Below the pieces are notes generated by a model. It was not told the origin of the DNA and made no database searches. It was given only the letters and a program-made list of their open reading frames with translations. Made by a program: the position numbers and the translations under genes. From positions 171,319 through 235,318 of IMG/VR virus record IMGVR_UViG_3300028864_000014: 64,000 nt of DNA; one strand, written 5' to 3'. Shown here piece after piece: positions 61,392 through 64,000 of this stretch; position 1 is the first letter of the stretch, and every line of letters begins with the position of its first letter.

Positions 61392-61490
61392 ATTACTTTT
61401 CTTCTATATATAAAAAAACCTTCTATTATACTTCAGATAATTTTTTTATTCCAAAATTTTTTATTACCTTTATAACTTAAATATAATTGT

Positions 61491-62683
<1,193 letters not shown>

Positions 62684-62692
62684 CACTGAGAA

Positions 62693-63035
62693 TAATACCT
62701 CAAATTTTTTTCCCAAAAAAATTTTTTGATTCCTAAATATAACTCTTTATTGTACAAAATTACTTAACATAAAAAAACTCTGAGAAATAACTCTAAAATT
62801 TTTCCCCAAAAAAAAATTTTGAATTTAACATATAGTAACAATTTAACTGGGTAAAATAACTCTAAATTTTTACCAAAAAAAATTTTTTGAATTTCAATAT
62901 CCAACTTAATTTATTTAAAAAATACTCTGATACAAAATACTCAAAAAATTTCCAAAAAAAAAAAATTGATTTCTCATATTTCAATATTTTAACTGGGTAA
63001 AATACCTCTAAAATTTTTCCAAAAAAAAAATTCAA
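62693..63035. repeat. about five degenerate A/T-tract repeats (AATAxCTCTAAAATTTTTCCAAAAAAA)
   Basis: Visible at ~62693, 62788, 62855, 62935, 63001; TTTAACTGGGTAAAATA exact at 62842 and 62988. Confidence 0.75.
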
Positions 63036-63101
63036 ATATTGATATAAAAAACACATGGGGAATTTTTCAAATATTAACATACTCAAATATTAACAATTTT
63101 T

Positions 63102-63307
63102 CGCCATGGCTGCCCTATACCTGCATACACACTCTACACGCGCAAGTCGCTCAACACCATCACCAAGTCTAGTAGGCAAGTGTTCATGAACATCCGACTC
63201 AAGTGCGAATTCGTATTAACACTTAGTAAGTCACGGCCGACTTTCGCGCGTCGTCATCTCCGACAAATGTTCATGAACTTCTTCGCTCCCTCTCTTGATG
63301 GACAACC
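63102..63307 (-). ncRNA. candidate GC-rich structured RNA (or ssDNA hairpin), about 205 nt
   Basis: 12-bp helix 63138-49/63238-51, nested hairpin 63196-232, terminal stem with two G-U on minus strand, two GTTCATGAAC palindromes. Confidence 0.55.
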
Positions 63308-63564
63308 TTGTGAAGAACTCTTTAAAAATTTCTAAGATTTCTATCATGGTACTTAGATACCTTAGCAGCAGTATTGATATGTTGATACCAGATACCACCC
63401 AGTGGATAGCACCCCAGTAGTACCCAAGTATTACACACAACCTGTGTATATCATTCATCCACCATGACAACATAGTTATAACTATGCATAGTATTATAAT
63501 CAATGACATCAGTATAGTTATATGTATAAGCATACAAGTATGATAGACTACTGTATATTATATT

Positions 63565-63830
63565 TATATACATATAAAGATATACTGTGTAGTGTATAGA
63601 AAACAATAAACTTTTTATTAATGTAGATACATATGTATAATAAATTAAACTTATTAATAAAATGTATCTATACATTTTATATAGGGTTGAGTTCACCCGA
63701 ATTAACGCATCAGGAGAGTAAGTTCATTAGACCCTCGTTGAATGATGAAAGAAAAGTATATCACATGATGTGGTGTTACGGAACTATATACATATAAAGA
63801 TATACTGTGTAGTGTATAGAAAACAATAAA
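63565..63830. repeat. exact 46-bp direct repeat x2
   Basis: TATATACATATAAAGATATACTGTGTAGTGTATAGAAAACAATAAA at 63565-610 and 63785-830. Confidence 0.95.
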
Positions 63831-63914
63831 TGCTCTCAACAAATAAAATGTTAAGAGCATTTATTGTGTAGATAATGTTCAGGACATTTATATGTACGTG
63901 TTGTCCTTATGATA

Positions 63915-63983
63915 TGTTAAGGTATATGTCTATGGCATTTGTGTGGTCACGTGTGAATAATGTTAAGGTATGTGTTAAGGTAT
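63915..63983. repeat. TGTTAAGGTAT x3
   Basis: 63915-25, 63961-71, 63973-83. Confidence 0.85.
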
Positions 63984-64000
63984 GTACATATGTAATGGTA

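Noticed and set aside
62862-63696. Track ORFs 62862-63086, 63231-63533 and 63451-63696 as proteins
   Set aside because: Atypical codon use and composition, overlap with repeats and the structured element, no promoter or operon context.

Overview
64 kb of a very AT-rich, gene-dense genome, best read as a large T4-like (myo-type, probably jumbo) phage of a Bacteroidota host. Support: a T4 gp9/gp10-type baseplate N-terminus, TTTG-N19-22-TAnnTTTG host-type promoters, A-rich ribosome-binding regions without Shine-Dalgarno, and ATGA-coupled operons. No replication, capsid, terminase, integrase, RT, Cas or canonical tRNA gene was recognised. Plus strand 0.1-24 kb: early/accessory micro-ORFs with a few recognisable genes (YqeY, FTR-beta-like, HD hydrolase, PnuC-like, radical SAM, two UVR/Zn proteins). 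Minus strand 24-44 kb and 51-61 kb: late tail-fibre/adhesin genes. Most unusual are several overlapping modular systems. (1) About 33 unrelated micro-ORFs end in the same R-K-x-K-L-x-x-L peptide, which also sits inside an 18-member paralog family (13 in one tandem array). (2) Fibre genes are built as promoter-ORF-palindrome cassettes, and eight proteins with several different bodies share an N-terminal LASEEWV peptide. (3) A three-gene module with small ...IEYQFN peptides is repeated three times. (4) At least three GC-rich structured ncRNA candidates. (5) A repeat-rich, ORF-free, skew-switching end region that may be an origin or terminus. Coordinates outside the ORF track were counted by hand (error of a few nt possible). 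Domain calls are motif recognition, not database searches.
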